Shown: positions 20,542 through 30,841, counted from the stretch's first letter. The stretch is 64,000 bases of DNA from an uncultured cyanobacterium (GCA_963803805.1 CAWDOD010000010.1:517516-581515); one strand, 5' to 3'. Translations and numbers: made by a program. The notes: generated by a model not told the origin, from the sequence alone.

Positions 20542-21144
20542 ATGCCTTACAGTAAATTTACCCTTAGTAAAGCTATAGAAGATTTTCAACTCACCCTTAT
20601 TGAGGGCGATCGCTTTGTGGAGAATATTTCCCCAGTTAATCCCAGTGCTTTGCTTCAAGAAACCCTCAAAGAAACACTACCTTGGGCGATCGCAGTCAGT
20701 ACAGAAAAAGCACGGTCTGAGGGTATCATCAATCCGGTATTATTAGAAGTTAAACGTCAACTCAACGGACAGATTAGCCTCTTCTCTGGTGAAGAGTTCA
20801 ATGTGCAACCAGATGTTGATTTAACCGGCTATGTCGATTTTTTAATGAGTCGTTCTCCGGAGCAATTGTATATCAAAGCCCCGGCAATAGTTTTAGTAGA
20901 AGCAAAAAAAGAAGACCTTAAACCAGGGTTAGGGCAGTGTTTAGCGGAAATGGTAGCAGCCCAACGCTTCAATCAACAGAAACAGCAGCCTATTTCTACT
21001 ATTTATGGAGCAATTACCAGTGGTACAGTTTGGCGGTTTCTTAAACTGGAAGGGCAAACCGTTACAATCGACTTAACGGATTATCCCTTACCGCCAGTTG
21101 AACCAATTTTGGGCTTTCTAGTTTGGATGATGCTTAACGGCTAA
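20542..21144 (+). CDS. Conserved cyanobacterial protein with PD-(D/E)xK restriction-endonuclease-like fold
   Basis: EKARSE, G.VDFL, VEAKK, GQCLAEM.AAQ.FN, YG.ITSG..W.F motifs. Confidence 0.65.
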   Translation: MPYSKFTLSKAIEDFQLTLIEGDRFVENISPVNPSALLQETLKETLPWAIAVSTEKARSEGIINPVLLEVKRQLNGQISLFSGEEFNVQPDVDLTGYVDFLMSRSPEQLYIKAPAIVLVEAKKEDLKPGLGQCLAEMVAAQRFNQQKQQPISTIYGAITSGTVWRFLKLEGQTVTIDLTDYPLPPVEPILGFLVWMMLNG

Positions 21145-21168
21145 GGTTGTTCGTTTTGCTAACATAAT

Positions 21169-21474
21169 CTATCCATATGTATTTTGAGCCAAAACAATCC
21201 TCACAGATTCTGGCATTTCTTCATAATGCTCCAATAAGAAATCTGCTAAGCCAAGATGATACTCGTCGTTGAAACCTGGTTGACGCTGACTTCTGACGGA
21301 AAACCATTTACTCACTGTTGATTTTGCTCTCCGACAAATCAAAGCGACATCATCTTGAGTTACTGGCCACCTTGAATAAAATTCCTGGGGAGTCATAATC
21401 AGATTACAGGAACTATAAAGCAAAATGATTTTTCGCTCCCTAGAAGTCAGGGAACGTGGCTGTTTTTCTGGCAT
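21169..21474 (-). CDS. Small helix-turn-helix protein
   Basis: MTPQEFY..W.VT...VA.IC....STV.KWF HTH-like pattern. Confidence 0.65.
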   Translation of the reverse strand: MPEKQPRSLTSRERKIILLYSSCNLIMTPQEFYSRWPVTQDDVALICRRAKSTVSKWFSVRSQRQPGFNDEYHLGLADFLLEHYEEMPESVRIVLAQNTYG

Positions 21475-21634
21475 AATTTAATTAACCTATAAGTGGGTCC
21501 GCCCGTGCAGATTGGTTGTCAGCCCCTGCACGGGTTTTTAATATCTGGAAAATAACATTTTCCACACTGTATGGCACAATGTACAAAAACAGTTAATTAT
21601 ACTTGTAGTTAATTTGAGTTAACAGCAGTACAAA

Positions 21635-21826
21635 GTGTCAGAAAAAAGAGAAGGAAAGGACATAATGAGGTTCTATATGCCAGAGGGACTAAAAGACAGA
21701 TACAAAAGGCTCTGTGGTATTAAGGGAACTACTATGACGGAAGATTTGGTTGCTTACATGGAAAGCGAGGTTGAGGATAACAAGGAACTTATAGAAATGG
21801 CGGAAAAGAAGTTTGGAGGGAAATGA
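21635..21826 (+). CDS. Small ribbon-helix-helix (CopG/ParG-like) DNA-binding protein
   Basis: Beta strand IMRFYMP then helices LKDRYKRLC and GTTMTEDL. Confidence 0.55.
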   Translation: MSEKREGKDIMRFYMPEGLKDRYKRLCGIKGTTMTEDLVAYMESEVEDNKELIEMAEKKFGGK

Positions 21827-21934
21827 TTTCTAATTGGCTCTAAACTACTGTCTTTTTAAGTGATTTAAGCAACTGTCGATGATTAAAATGAATTCAAAAC
21901 GATTGCTTGGTATACCAAACTGAAAGGGTAATTT

Positions 21935-22219
21935 ATGACGGTTAAAACAACGTTATATTTAACAGCAAAAGTTTTGCCAGGAAACAAAATTGAAATTCAG
22001 GCTCCCAGTCTTTCAGTGGGGCAAACTGTTGAGGTGGTTATTTTAGTTCAGGAGGTCAATCTTCCCTCTACTGCTATAGAGAAACAAACCCTATCATTAG
22101 AGCAACGCCTTGCTTTCCTCAAGTTGCCCATTGCCGAGCGTAAGCGTGTTCTCGAAAACCAAAGTGAGAAAATGCTCAGTCATTATCAACAGGATTCTGA
22201 ATATCATGATGAATGTTGA
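21935..22219 (+). CDS. Antitoxin-like hypothetical protein, probably 3'-truncated
   Basis: KVLPGNKIEI...VEVVILV (DUF104/AF2212-like) plus AFLKLP..ER..L..Q motif; abrupt end after QQDSE. Confidence 0.5.
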   Translation: MTVKTTLYLTAKVLPGNKIEIQAPSLSVGQTVEVVILVQEVNLPSTAIEKQTLSLEQRLAFLKLPIAERKRVLENQSEKMLSHYQQDSEYHDEC

Positions 22220-22291
22220 AGAATTAAAACAACTAGTATGGCAAGCTTGTAACCAAGATGGATTTGTTCTTCTGGAAGATGGAGTAACTAA

Positions 22292-22771
22292 ATGTTTGAA
22301 GAATTTGAGCATTCTAATGAATTACTTGATTCTTCTGAGGGTCAACTAAGTGAGCCAACAGATATTAGTTTAGATTTGCGATTACGCCTTATAACTTTGA
22401 CAGCAGAGTTAGGTGAAAAGGAAGCAGATCGAGCATGGAAGCGTTATGGGATTATGTTGACTTTGAATGCTGGTTTAATTGCCATAATCTCTTATACATT
22501 TAGTCAGTCTTTATACTTATTAACCGCTTTTAGGCGTAGTGATATGACCGCTCTTATTGATGAAAATTCTTATTTGGCTGGAGTTTTTCGCTCTCGCTCA
22601 AGTTTAGGCCCGCGTACAGAAAGGCCTTTTCAAGGTTCGTCTACAGGAGATGCAAAGATGGTTGTTTGTGGTGTGGGTGTATTTTGGTTTATCTTAATGA
22701 TTTATGGCATAATTGCTGCACTAGCAAATTGGGATGGAGTTGAGTTATTCTTCACAAATTTCGGCTCCTAG
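22292..22771 (+). CDS. Hypothetical membrane protein (2 predicted TM segments), possibly with an internal deletion
   Basis: 159-aa ORF with GGAG RBS; hydrophobic stretches at GIMLTLNAGLIAIISY and the C-terminus. Confidence 0.45.
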   Translation: MFEEFEHSNELLDSSEGQLSEPTDISLDLRLRLITLTAELGEKEADRAWKRYGIMLTLNAGLIAIISYTFSQSLYLLTAFRRSDMTALIDENSYLAGVFRSRSSLGPRTERPFQGSSTGDAKMVVCGVGVFWFILMIYGIIAALANWDGVELFFTNFGS

Positions 22772-23012
22772 ATTACTGAATTAATTTTATACAAGTATAA
22801 GGTTGCAATGGGGGGATTTTTGACCTCACTGGAAATCTTGTTTAGGAGATTTTTTCGATATCAACGTATTCAAAAATCTTAGATACTAAGCTGATTATGT
22901 TGTTGTGATTGCATCCTCAAGAGAAGGGAAGAAAATAATGTAGAGATTGTCCATCTACTTACGAGGTAAAATTAGGAAAACAACATATGGCACGACGAAC
23001 AGGAGTCAACAT

Positions 23013-23279
23013 ATGCAGGCGATTCTTCTAAGCCGTGAGGAAGTTGCGAGGCGTGCAAAGCAATTGTACAAAAGCAATATTCATCAACAGGTAGAAGTGG
23101 AAGAGAATATTGGCAAAATGGTCATCATTGATATTGAAACAGGTGATTACGAAGTTGATAAGACTGGGCTGCAAGCATCCCGTAATCTCAGTAAAAAGCA
23201 CCCAAATGCTCGACTCTTTGGTATTCGTATTGGATACAAACTCGCTGTTTCATTTGGCGGTGTCATGGAGCGTGTGTAG
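23013..23279 (+). CDS. Small conserved protein typically paired with a clan AA aspartic protease
   Basis: ENIGKMVIIDIETGDYEVD...RIG motif; AGGAG RBS at 23001; 2 bp from the next gene. Confidence 0.7.
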   Translation: MQAILLSREEVARRAKQLYKSNIHQQVEVEENIGKMVIIDIETGDYEVDKTGLQASRNLSKKHPNARLFGIRIGYKLAVSFGGVMERV

Positions 23280-23281
23280 AG

Positions 23282-23647
23282 GTGATTTCTGGACTTGTAA
23301 CAGATAGACACGCAACTGTTGCACTGACATTCCTGTTGCCAAATGGCTCAAGCATAGCCATTGAGTTCGTTATAGACACAGGATTCACAGGAGAATTATG
23401 CCTTCCTCCAGAAGCAGTTTCATTAATGGGCTTACCCTTCAGGTATGATACTGCCGCAAATTTGGCAGATAATAGTGAGGTATTACTATCTGTTCATGAG
23501 GCAATTATCCTTTGGGATGGTGAAGAACGAGAAGTCCTCATTATTGCTTCAGGAAGGCGGCCTTTACTTGGAACCGCTTTGTTGGATAGACAAGAACTTG
23601 TAATTCAGTTTACGGATGGTGGCTTGGTAACAATTGATGAACTATAG
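23282..23647 (+). CDS. Clan AA (retropepsin-like) aspartic protease
   Basis: FVIDTGFTG catalytic motif, LAD.S flap, PLLG motif. Confidence 0.85.
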   Translation: MISGLVTDRHATVALTFLLPNGSSIAIEFVIDTGFTGELCLPPEAVSLMGLPFRYDTAANLADNSEVLLSVHEAIILWDGEEREVLIIASGRRPLLGTALLDRQELVIQFTDGGLVTIDEL

Positions 23648-23769
23648 GTAATATCTCGTTTTTGTTCATTGGAGAACTGGGCAATTAGGAAAAATTTCTA
23701 ATGTGGGGGCGACCCGCTTCCCTTGCATTTGGGAACAATAATAATTCTTATTGGGTCACCCGTCTAAAA

Positions 23770-25070
23770 TTACAAACCAGCTAAAACTTCCTTTGCCGCA
23801 GCTATAGTTTGCTCCACATCTTCCTCACTATGAGCCAAAGAAGTAAAACCAGCTTCAAATTGAGAAGGTGCAAGATAAATGCCTCTTTCCAACATTCCTC
23901 GGTGGAAACGACTGAACTTTTCTAAATCAGACTTTTTAGCATCGTCGTAATTTTTTACCTTTTCTCCGGTAAAAAACATACCAAACATGGCGCTAATTTG
24001 ACCACCAGAAACTTCATGCCCCGCTTCTTTCGCAGCGCTCAAAAGCCCTTCGCTTAATCTTTTAGTAATCTTGTCCAACTGTTCGTAAGTTCCTGGCTTT
24101 TTCAGCAACTTCAAAGTTTCAATCCCGGCTGTCATTGCTAAAGGATTACCGGAAAGGGTTCCCGCTTGATACATTGGCCCAGCCGGAGCTACCATAGCCA
24201 TAATATCGGCTCTACCCCCATAAGCACCCACTGGCAGCCCACCACCAATAACTTTACCCAAAGTGGTTAAGTCGGGAGTGACACCAAATTTAGCTTGCGC
24301 CCCACCATAGGAGATACGGAAACCGGTCATCACTTCATCAAAAACCAGTAATGCACCGTATTCTTTGGTTAATTCTCGTAAACCTTCGAGGAAACCAGGT
24401 TCAGGGACAACAAAGCCAGAATTACCTACCACAGGCTCTAAAATTACCCCGGAGATGTCTTCAGGATTTTCTTCAAAAAGCTTTCTGACTGCTTCTAAGT
24501 CATTGTAGGGAGCGGTCAAAGTATTGGCAGTGGTAGACTTAGGAACTCCAGGAGAATCTGGCAAACCTAAAGTCGCAACTCCAGAACCCGCTTGTACGAG
24601 AAACATATCGGCATGACCATGATAGCAGCCTGCAAATTTAATGAGCTTATTTCTACCTGTGAAGGCTCGCATCAGGCGTAAAACTGCCATACAAGCTTCT
24701 GTTCCCGAATTGACAAACCGCACCATCTCGACGCTAGGAACAGCATCTATGACCATTTCCGCGAGAACATTTTCTAGGACGCAAGGCGCACCAAAACTAG
24801 TACCCTTATCTAAAGCCTTGTGTAGAGCAGCAATCACATCCGGATGGGCATGACCACAGATTGCAGGACCCAAGTTCCGACATAATCTATATACTTGTTA
24901 CCATCAATATCCCAAACATAAGCACCTTCGACTTTATCAAATACTATTGGCTGTCCGCCGACGGATTTAAAAGCTCTAACTGGGGAACTAACACCTCCAG
25001 GCATTAGTTTTTGGGCCGCAGTGAAAATTTCTTCTGATTTAGTGGTTTTTAAAGAAGTAGTCGCAACCAA
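23770..25070 (-). CDS. hemL: Glutamate-1-semialdehyde 2,1-aminomutase; 1-bp frameshift near 24870
   Basis: Two overlapping ORFs join at [44 protein letters not shown] motifs. Confidence 0.95.
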
Positions 25071-25273
25071 TTTTATCTCCTTGCCTGAGTTATTAATAAT
25101 TGCCTTTCAATTTCTTTAGTTTACAACTTTTTACCACAACAATAAACCAAGGGAATTATTGTCGGCGAATAAGGTAAAAAACTTAACATTTCTTGAAAAG
25201 TAAACTGTTATATCAAATTTTTCTAAATTAATGATTTAAAGTTGATTTTAGCTCGTTATTATTAGTAGATTTT

Positions 25274-25993
25274 ATGTTGCCAAAATTTCCCCAACCTTAT
25301 CAACCTCTGTTACTTCGTATTCTTCACAGTTTAACAGGATTATTCGCGATCGCAGCTATTCTTACTGCTTTTTGGACTTACAATACTTATGATGGGCGTT
25401 GGGGAAAGATCCCCTTACCTGAATTTAGAGAAATCGAAGGGATTCATGGCACATTCGGATTGTGGACGTTACTGGTTTTTCCTCTTTTTGTTATCTACGC
25501 TTTTAATCGAGGAAAGCAAAGATTAATCCAGAAAGATTCTTTTGCTCAACTAACTCGATTTGGGCAACAAATTTGGTGGTACAATTTGCATCGTTTGATT
25601 AATACGTTGACCATCTTCGGAGTGACTTTTGCTGTCTTTTCAGGCAAGATGATGGACGAAAAGTGGCTGCCTAAAGGTGAAGTTGATCATGGTTGGTACT
25701 ATGCCCATCTTATTTCTTGGCTTATTTTAGTTAGTTGTATTGCACTGCATTTGTTGATGAGCATTAAAGTTGGCGGGATACCTTTGATTTTATCAATGAC
25801 TCATTGGCGGTTTCATAGTAAGGATAGTCCTACTTTATGGCGCAAACACTTTTCTGATTGGCGTTCTAACTTTAGTTTCAGCACAATTAAGCAATGGCTA
25901 TTATCTCTTGATTCTCTTGGTTTTTTAGAAGTTTTTATCTTAACGGCTATTGCTCTGGCTTGGATAATTTCACTAACCAAAGAATTAACCTAG
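25274..25993 (+). CDS. Cytochrome b/b6-like (Ni-hydrogenase cytochrome b family) membrane protein
   Basis: R.LH, IHG, AH and LH heme-ligand histidines in TM helices. Confidence 0.7.
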   Translation: MLPKFPQPYQPLLLRILHSLTGLFAIAAILTAFWTYNTYDGRWGKIPLPEFREIEGIHGTFGLWTLLVFPLFVIYAFNRGKQRLIQKDSFAQLTRFGQQIWWYNLHRLINTLTIFGVTFAVFSGKMMDEKWLPKGEVDHGWYYAHLISWLILVSCIALHLLMSIKVGGIPLILSMTHWRFHSKDSPTLWRKHFSDWRSNFSFSTIKQWLLSLDSLGFLEVFILTAIALAWIISLTKELT

Positions 25994-26042
25994 TCAATAA
26001 ACCATCGCTTATTACCTATGACTTATTACTTATCACTTATAT

Positions 26043-27092
26043 TCACCCTCGCCACCGCAACACTCTACCCTTAACCGGATTAACAAAGGGTCTATTTTCT
26101 TCTCTAGATTTAGAAAATTCAGCCTTCAAGCGATAATACCAAATTGCTTGGGTATCAGCATCATGAATTAAAGTTAAGTTGGGGTCATATTTTAAGCCTT
26201 CTTGCTGTTTAATTACTACGTCACGATCTTGTTTTAAAAATGCTTGAGCAGGAAATTTTAAAACTGGTTTAAGAGGGGTTAACCAAGGTATATCCCAATA
26301 GGCTAAGAAAGTTACTTCAGTTTCCTGATCTGATAAAGGAGTTACAGCGGTAAGATTAGATAACTTATGACGCTTGTTGGTGATATTTTCAATGCGAATT
26401 CCTGGTAATTGAAAAGATATTTCTACCTCTGGTGCGCCACCGATGATACTATAGCCAAGGGCTAGGTTTTCGTTGTGGTGTTTGCGCATAGTGAAGCCAT
26501 AGGGAGAAGGATCAAAAGCTCTTGCTTCTTCGTTGGTTTCCGCAGAACGCCACCACCAAGCGCGATGTACAAAAGGAGAATGGGCAGGGTCCATTAAACC
26601 AATGACGGCATGATCTACATGGCAAGGAAAGTGCATGGTCATTTCAAAGTTGTAGATTTGGTTGCCAAATTCTGGAACCAAAGGAATGTCTTCTTCTGAA
26701 GCATGAATGTTATCTTGTTCTGTTTGGGCCATGTAGAGCCAAATATTGCCCTGGACTTCCTTAACTGGGTAGGTTCGCACATCAAAACGACTGAAATTAA
26801 AATCTTTATCTTCTACTAAAGCCGGAATTGCTGTACAACTTCCTTTCGTATCAAAGCGCCAGCCATGGTAACAGCATTCCACTTCTTCTCCATCAAATTT
26901 GCCGCAGCTTAAAGGTATACCGCGATGGGGACAGATATCCCGAAAAGCAAAGACTTTACCTCCACTACTACGTCCTAGAAGTACTGGTTCTCCCAATAAA
27001 GTCTTCTTGACTATTGCTCTTGCTTTAAGCTTCTTTCCCGGTAAAGCATAGTACCAGAGATTCCGTAGAAGAGAGTTTTGCTTTTCTGTCAT
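26043..27092 (-). CDS. Rieske non-heme iron oxygenase (ring-hydroxylating/PAO-like)
   Basis: CPHRG...CCYHGW Rieske motif; DPAH..FVH mononuclear Fe motif. Confidence 0.88.
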   Translation of the reverse strand: MTEKQNSLLRNLWYYALPGKKLKARAIVKKTLLGEPVLLGRSSGGKVFAFRDICPHRGIPLSCGKFDGEEVECCYHGWRFDTKGSCTAIPALVEDKDFNFSRFDVRTYPVKEVQGNIWLYMAQTEQDNIHASEEDIPLVPEFGNQIYNFEMTMHFPCHVDHAVIGLMDPAHSPFVHRAWWWRSAETNEEARAFDPSPYGFTMRKHHNENLALGYSIIGGAPEVEISFQLPGIRIENITNKRHKLSNLTAVTPLSDQETEVTFLAYWDIPWLTPLKPVLKFPAQAFLKQDRDVVIKQQEGLKYDPNLTLIHDADTQAIWYYRLKAEFSKSREENRPFVNPVKGRVLRWRG

Positions 27093-27464
27093 AGCTGAGG
27101 TGAAAGTCTTATTCTATCTTTACATTTAGGGTAGACAATTCTAGCAGTTGATGAGTTTCTAATTTTGTTTGCCATTCTGAGTAAAATCATTACAAAATAT
27201 TAAGGAAATCCAACGAAGGTGAACCAGATGCCAGAGAATGTTTGCTGAAAGGTTGCTGTGTCTGGAAATATTATTCTTAAAATAGTCGATGCCACAATCG
27301 AGGCATTTACTAAAGTGAGTAATCTCCTTGAAAAGCTCAAAGCTTTCTCTTAAAGACTAGGCAGTTGATTGGAAAACAATTTTTTATATACCAATCAGCA
27401 ACTAAAATTTAATATGCCAGTTGCCAAACATCTGGTTTAATTTTTTTATTGGAGGAATACCTCA

Positions 27465-27950
27465 ATGAGTATAGTCACGAAATCCATCGTGAATGCAGAT
27501 GCTGAGGCCCGTTACCTTAGCCCTGGTGAATTAGATAGAATTAAAGGCTTTGTCAGCAGTGGTGAAAGCCGTTTGCGTATTGCTCAAACCTTGACTGAAT
27601 CTCGTGAACGCATCGTTAAGCAAGCTGGAGATCAGCTATTTCAAAAGCGTCCAGATGTAGTTTCTCCTGGCGGCAACGCTTATGGCGAAGAAATGACTGC
27701 AACTTGCTTACGCGACATGGATTACTACCTACGTCTGATCACTTATGGTGTGGTTGCTGGGGATGTAACTCCTATCGAAGAAATTGGTTTGGTTGGAGTT
27801 AGCGAGATGTACAAATCTTTAGGTACTCCTATCGCTGCGGTTGCTCAAAGCGTCCGTGAAATGAAAGAGATTGCTTCTTCTATGATGTCTTCTGAAGATG
27901 CGGCTGAAGCAGGTTCTTACTTTGACTACGTTATTGGTTCTATGGACTAG
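27465..27950 (+). CDS. apcA: Allophycocyanin alpha subunit
   Basis: [36 protein letters not shown]. Confidence 0.99.
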   Translation: MSIVTKSIVNADAEARYLSPGELDRIKGFVSSGESRLRIAQTLTESRERIVKQAGDQLFQKRPDVVSPGGNAYGEEMTATCLRDMDYYLRLITYGVVAGDVTPIEEIGLVGVSEMYKSLGTPIAAVAQSVREMKEIASSMMSSEDAAEAGSYFDYVIGSMD

Positions 27951-28036
27951 GTTTTAACCTACTTTAACCAAGACGCAAACAATGATTGTTTAGTCTCAAG
28001 AATCCTCAGATTAAGGTGAAATAAGGAAATAAAACT

Positions 28037-28522
28037 ATGCAAGACGCAATTACTGCCGTTATTAATTCTGCTGATGTCCAAGGCAAGTACTTAGATAGTT
28101 CTGCTATGGACAAGCTTAAGAGCTATTTTGAAACTGGCGGACTACGAGTTCGTGCAGCTAGTGTAATCAGTGCTAATGCAGCTAGCATCGTTAAAGAAGC
28201 TGTAGCTAAGTCTTTGTTGTATTCTGATGTTACTCGTCCTGGTGGTAATATGTATACAACTCGTCGTTATGCTGCTTGCATCCGCGACTTAGACTACTAC
28301 CTGCGTTATGGAACCTATGCTATGTTAGCTGGCGATCCATCTATTCTTGATGAGCGGGTTCTTAACGGCTTAAAAGAAACCTATAACTCTTTAGGAGTTC
28401 CTGTTTCTTCTACCGTTCAAGCTATCCAAGCCATGAAAGAAGTTACTTCTAGCTTGGTTGGTTCTGATGCAGGTAAAGAAATGGGTGTTTACCTCGACTA
28501 TATCTGTTCTGGTTTAAGCTAG
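28037..28522 (+). CDS. apcB: Allophycocyanin beta subunit
   Basis: [29 protein letters not shown]. Confidence 0.99.
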   Translation: MQDAITAVINSADVQGKYLDSSAMDKLKSYFETGGLRVRAASVISANAASIVKEAVAKSLLYSDVTRPGGNMYTTRRYAACIRDLDYYLRYGTYAMLAGDPSILDERVLNGLKETYNSLGVPVSSTVQAIQAMKEVTSSLVGSDAGKEMGVYLDYICSGLS

Positions 28523-28578
28523 ACAATATATTTAGCAACACCCGTTAGCTTGTAGAACGCTTGGTTCCGTAAAAGTTT

Positions 28579-28660
28579 GGGAAGTCGGGAGTGAGTGTTA
28601 GCTGATTATGACACCTGCCTAGCATAAGTTGTAATTAGCTAGTATTGACTCTTGACTCCC
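28579..28660 (+). terminator. Long stem-loop between apcB and apcC (transcript 3' end or stability element)
   Basis: GGGAAGTCGGGAGTGAGTGTTAGCTGATTATGAC pairs with GTTGTAATTAGCTAGTATTGACTCTTGACTCCC, with many G-U pairs on the + strand. Confidence 0.7.
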
Positions 28661-28764
28661 AATCTTGACTATAACCAGAGAAATTTTTAAGTATAATTTG
28701 CAACTTTGATAAGAGACTTCAGCTAATCATCAAAGATTTTCTTAAAGGAGAAATAAAAAATATC

Positions 28765-28968
28765 ATGAGAATGTTTAAAGTAACTGCTTGTGTTCCTAGT
28801 CAAACTCGCATCAGAACCCAAAGAGAATTACAAAATACCTATTTCACAAAATTAGTTCCCTATGATAATTGGTTCCGTGAACAACAAAGAATTCAGAAAA
28901 TGGGAGGGACAATTAAGAAAGTGGAGTTAGTTACAGGAAAGCGTGGTGCGAATACCGGACTACAGTAA
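28765..28968 (+). CDS. apcC: Phycobilisome core linker Lc7.8
   Basis: MRMFKVTACVPSQTRIRTQRELQNTYFTKLVPY. Confidence 0.98.
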   Translation: MRMFKVTACVPSQTRIRTQRELQNTYFTKLVPYDNWFREQQRIQKMGGTIKKVELVTGKRGANTGLQ

Positions 28969-28995
28969 AGATAGCTTACAGAAATTCGTGCATTG

Positions 28996-29020
28996 GAGGT
29001 CGTAAAATGACCTCTTTTTT
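28996..29020 (+). terminator. Intrinsic terminator of apcABC
   Basis: GAGGTCG-TAAAA-TGACCTC followed by T6. Confidence 0.8.
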
Positions 29021-29096
29021 ATTGGCGTTTTTTTGCTTTAAGATTACCAAGCAAATGTACCTTAACATAAGATAAATGTTGAATGCTCAATGATAA

Positions 29097-30314
29097 ATGG
29101 TATGGACTGTGGTTCTGCGATACTTAAATCCTCTATTCGGTTCTGAAGTCAAAAATTGGGCAATTGAAGCTAGACTGCTGCGATGGCTAACCTTTTTATG
29201 GTTGTGTATTGGTTTAGTTGTTTTATTCTCGGCTTCTTATCCTATAGCAGATGCTGAATACGGCGATGGCTTATACTATTTCAAACGGCAAATTTTGTGG
29301 ATTGCCATGGGTATGGTGGGATTTCATCTTGTGGTGGAATCGCCTCTTAAATATCTCTTAAAAATCTCCCACTGGCTAGTTTTGATACTACTAGGCTTAA
29401 TTTTTGTCACCCTCATTCCTAGCTTTGGAACTATAGTTAATGGTGCAAGTCGTTGGGTTGGTTTTGGTTCTTTAACGGTTCAACCTTCTGAATTAATTAA
29501 ACCATTTCTCGTACTACAAAGTGCCAAATTATTTGGGCAGTGGGAACAACTGAGTTGGAAAGTACGAGGTTTCTGGCTGGGCATTTTTGCGGTGGTTTTG
29601 GGTGGGATATTAATTCAACCTAACCTTAGTACCACAGCTTTGTGCGGCATGACTATTTGGTTAATGGCGGTAGCTGCGGGTTTGCCTTTTACCTATTTAG
29701 GAGGAACAGCTTTTGCTGGTTTTTTGCTGGCAGTAATTAGTATCAGCGCCCAAGATTATCAAAGACGCAGGGTAACTTCTTTTCTCAATCCTTGGGCAGA
29801 TCCAATGCAGGATGGCTATCAACTGATTCAGAGTCTTTTAGCTATAGGATCTGGGGGAACTTGGGGTTCTGGTTTTGGCTTATCCCAGCAAAAATTATTT
29901 TATTTACCGATTCAATATACAGATTTTATCTTCGCAGTATTCGCCGAAGAATTTGGCTTTGTTGGTAGCATAATGTTATTGCTGTTGCTAGTTGCCTATG
30001 CAAGTTTGGCTTTGATTGTGGCTATGAAAACTCGCCACCCCGTTCAGCGTTTAGTGGCAATGGGAGTTATGATTTTGTTAATTGGGCAATCTTTAATTAA
30101 TATTGGCGTAGCGACAGGGGCATTACCTACCACAGGTTTACCTTTACCTTTGTTTAGCTATGGTGGCAACTCAGTTATTTCCTCTTTGATTTTAGCGGGA
30201 ATGTTAATCCGAGTTGCTAGGGAAAGTAATGAAGCTGAAGTAATTTCTTTACAAAGTCGCCGTAGTGCTAAGAAGAAAAATCAACGTCGTAAAATACCGA
30301 AATATATTAAATAA
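29097..30314 (+). CDS. ftsW: SEDS-family peptidoglycan polymerase FtsW
   Basis: GASRW, QPSELIK, GYQLIQSL.AIGSGG, YLP..YTDFIFAV..EEFG, SYGG motifs. Confidence 0.88.
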   Translation: MVWTVVLRYLNPLFGSEVKNWAIEARLLRWLTFLWLCIGLVVLFSASYPIADAEYGDGLYYFKRQILWIAMGMVGFHLVVESPLKYLLKISHWLVLILLGLIFVTLIPSFGTIVNGASRWVGFGSLTVQPSELIKPFLVLQSAKLFGQWEQLSWKVRGFWLGIFAVVLGGILIQPNLSTTALCGMTIWLMAVAAGLPFTYLGGTAFAGFLLAVISISAQDYQRRRVTSFLNPWADPMQDGYQLIQSLLAIGSGGTWGSGFGLSQQKLFYLPIQYTDFIFAVFAEEFGFVGSIMLLLLLVAYASLALIVAMKTRHPVQRLVAMGVMILLIGQSLINIGVATGALPTTGLPLPLFSYGGNSVISSLILAGMLIRVARESNEAEVISLQSRRSAKKKNQRRKIPKYIK

Positions 30315-30322
30315 TTTTCTTT

Positions 30323-30841
30323 ATGGAATTTACTCCTAATTTTGCTGAATTTGCTCAATGGGCAGGGATTTTAACTGTAGTTAGTCTAGTAATAGCTGGG
30401 TTAGCTTTCCTGTTTAAATGGGGTATTCGCTTCCGTCTTGTGGGCATTACTGGCTTCATGGTAGTACTTACCGCCGGTTTATTTGCCCTTAGCTTCGGCT
30501 TGCTGGAGTCTAATCTGGTTCCTGGATCTGTAAAATTTTCTTTAGTTTACGATAATGGTGGTAATAAAGCTGTGATCGCCTTACCTACTCAAGTTACAGA
30601 ATCTGAAGTTGAAGCAACTTTACTACAAGCAGCCTCTAACTTAGCTTCCTACGGTAGGGGCGGTAGTGCAGGGGATAATAAGTTCACAATTCGCGCCCGT
30701 ACTATTATTCACCCCGAACCGGGTATTTCTGTTCCTTTATATTTAGGAGAAGTAAGAAGATCTTTGGCTTTTCGGGATGAAGCAACACCAGAAGTAAGAA
30801 TTTTCTCGGATAATTTTGTCAAACTGGAAATCAATGATTAG
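30323..30841 (+). CDS. ycf51: Ycf51 (DUF2518) protein
   Basis: WGIRFRLVG.TGF, VYDNGG, EATL.QAA motifs. Confidence 0.85.
   Translation: MEFTPNFAEFAQWAGILTVVSLVIAGLAFLFKWGIRFRLVGITGFMVVLTAGLFALSFGLLESNLVPGSVKFSLVYDNGGNKAVIALPTQVTESEVEATLLQAASNLASYGRGGSAGDNKFTIRARTIIHPEPGISVPLYLGEVRRSLAFRDEATPEVRIFSDNFVKLEIND

Noticed and set aside
27189..27206. HLR1/RpaB-like direct repeat upstream of apcA (ATTACAAA-AT-ATTAAGGA)
   Set aside because: The second half-site is too degenerate to call from sequence alone
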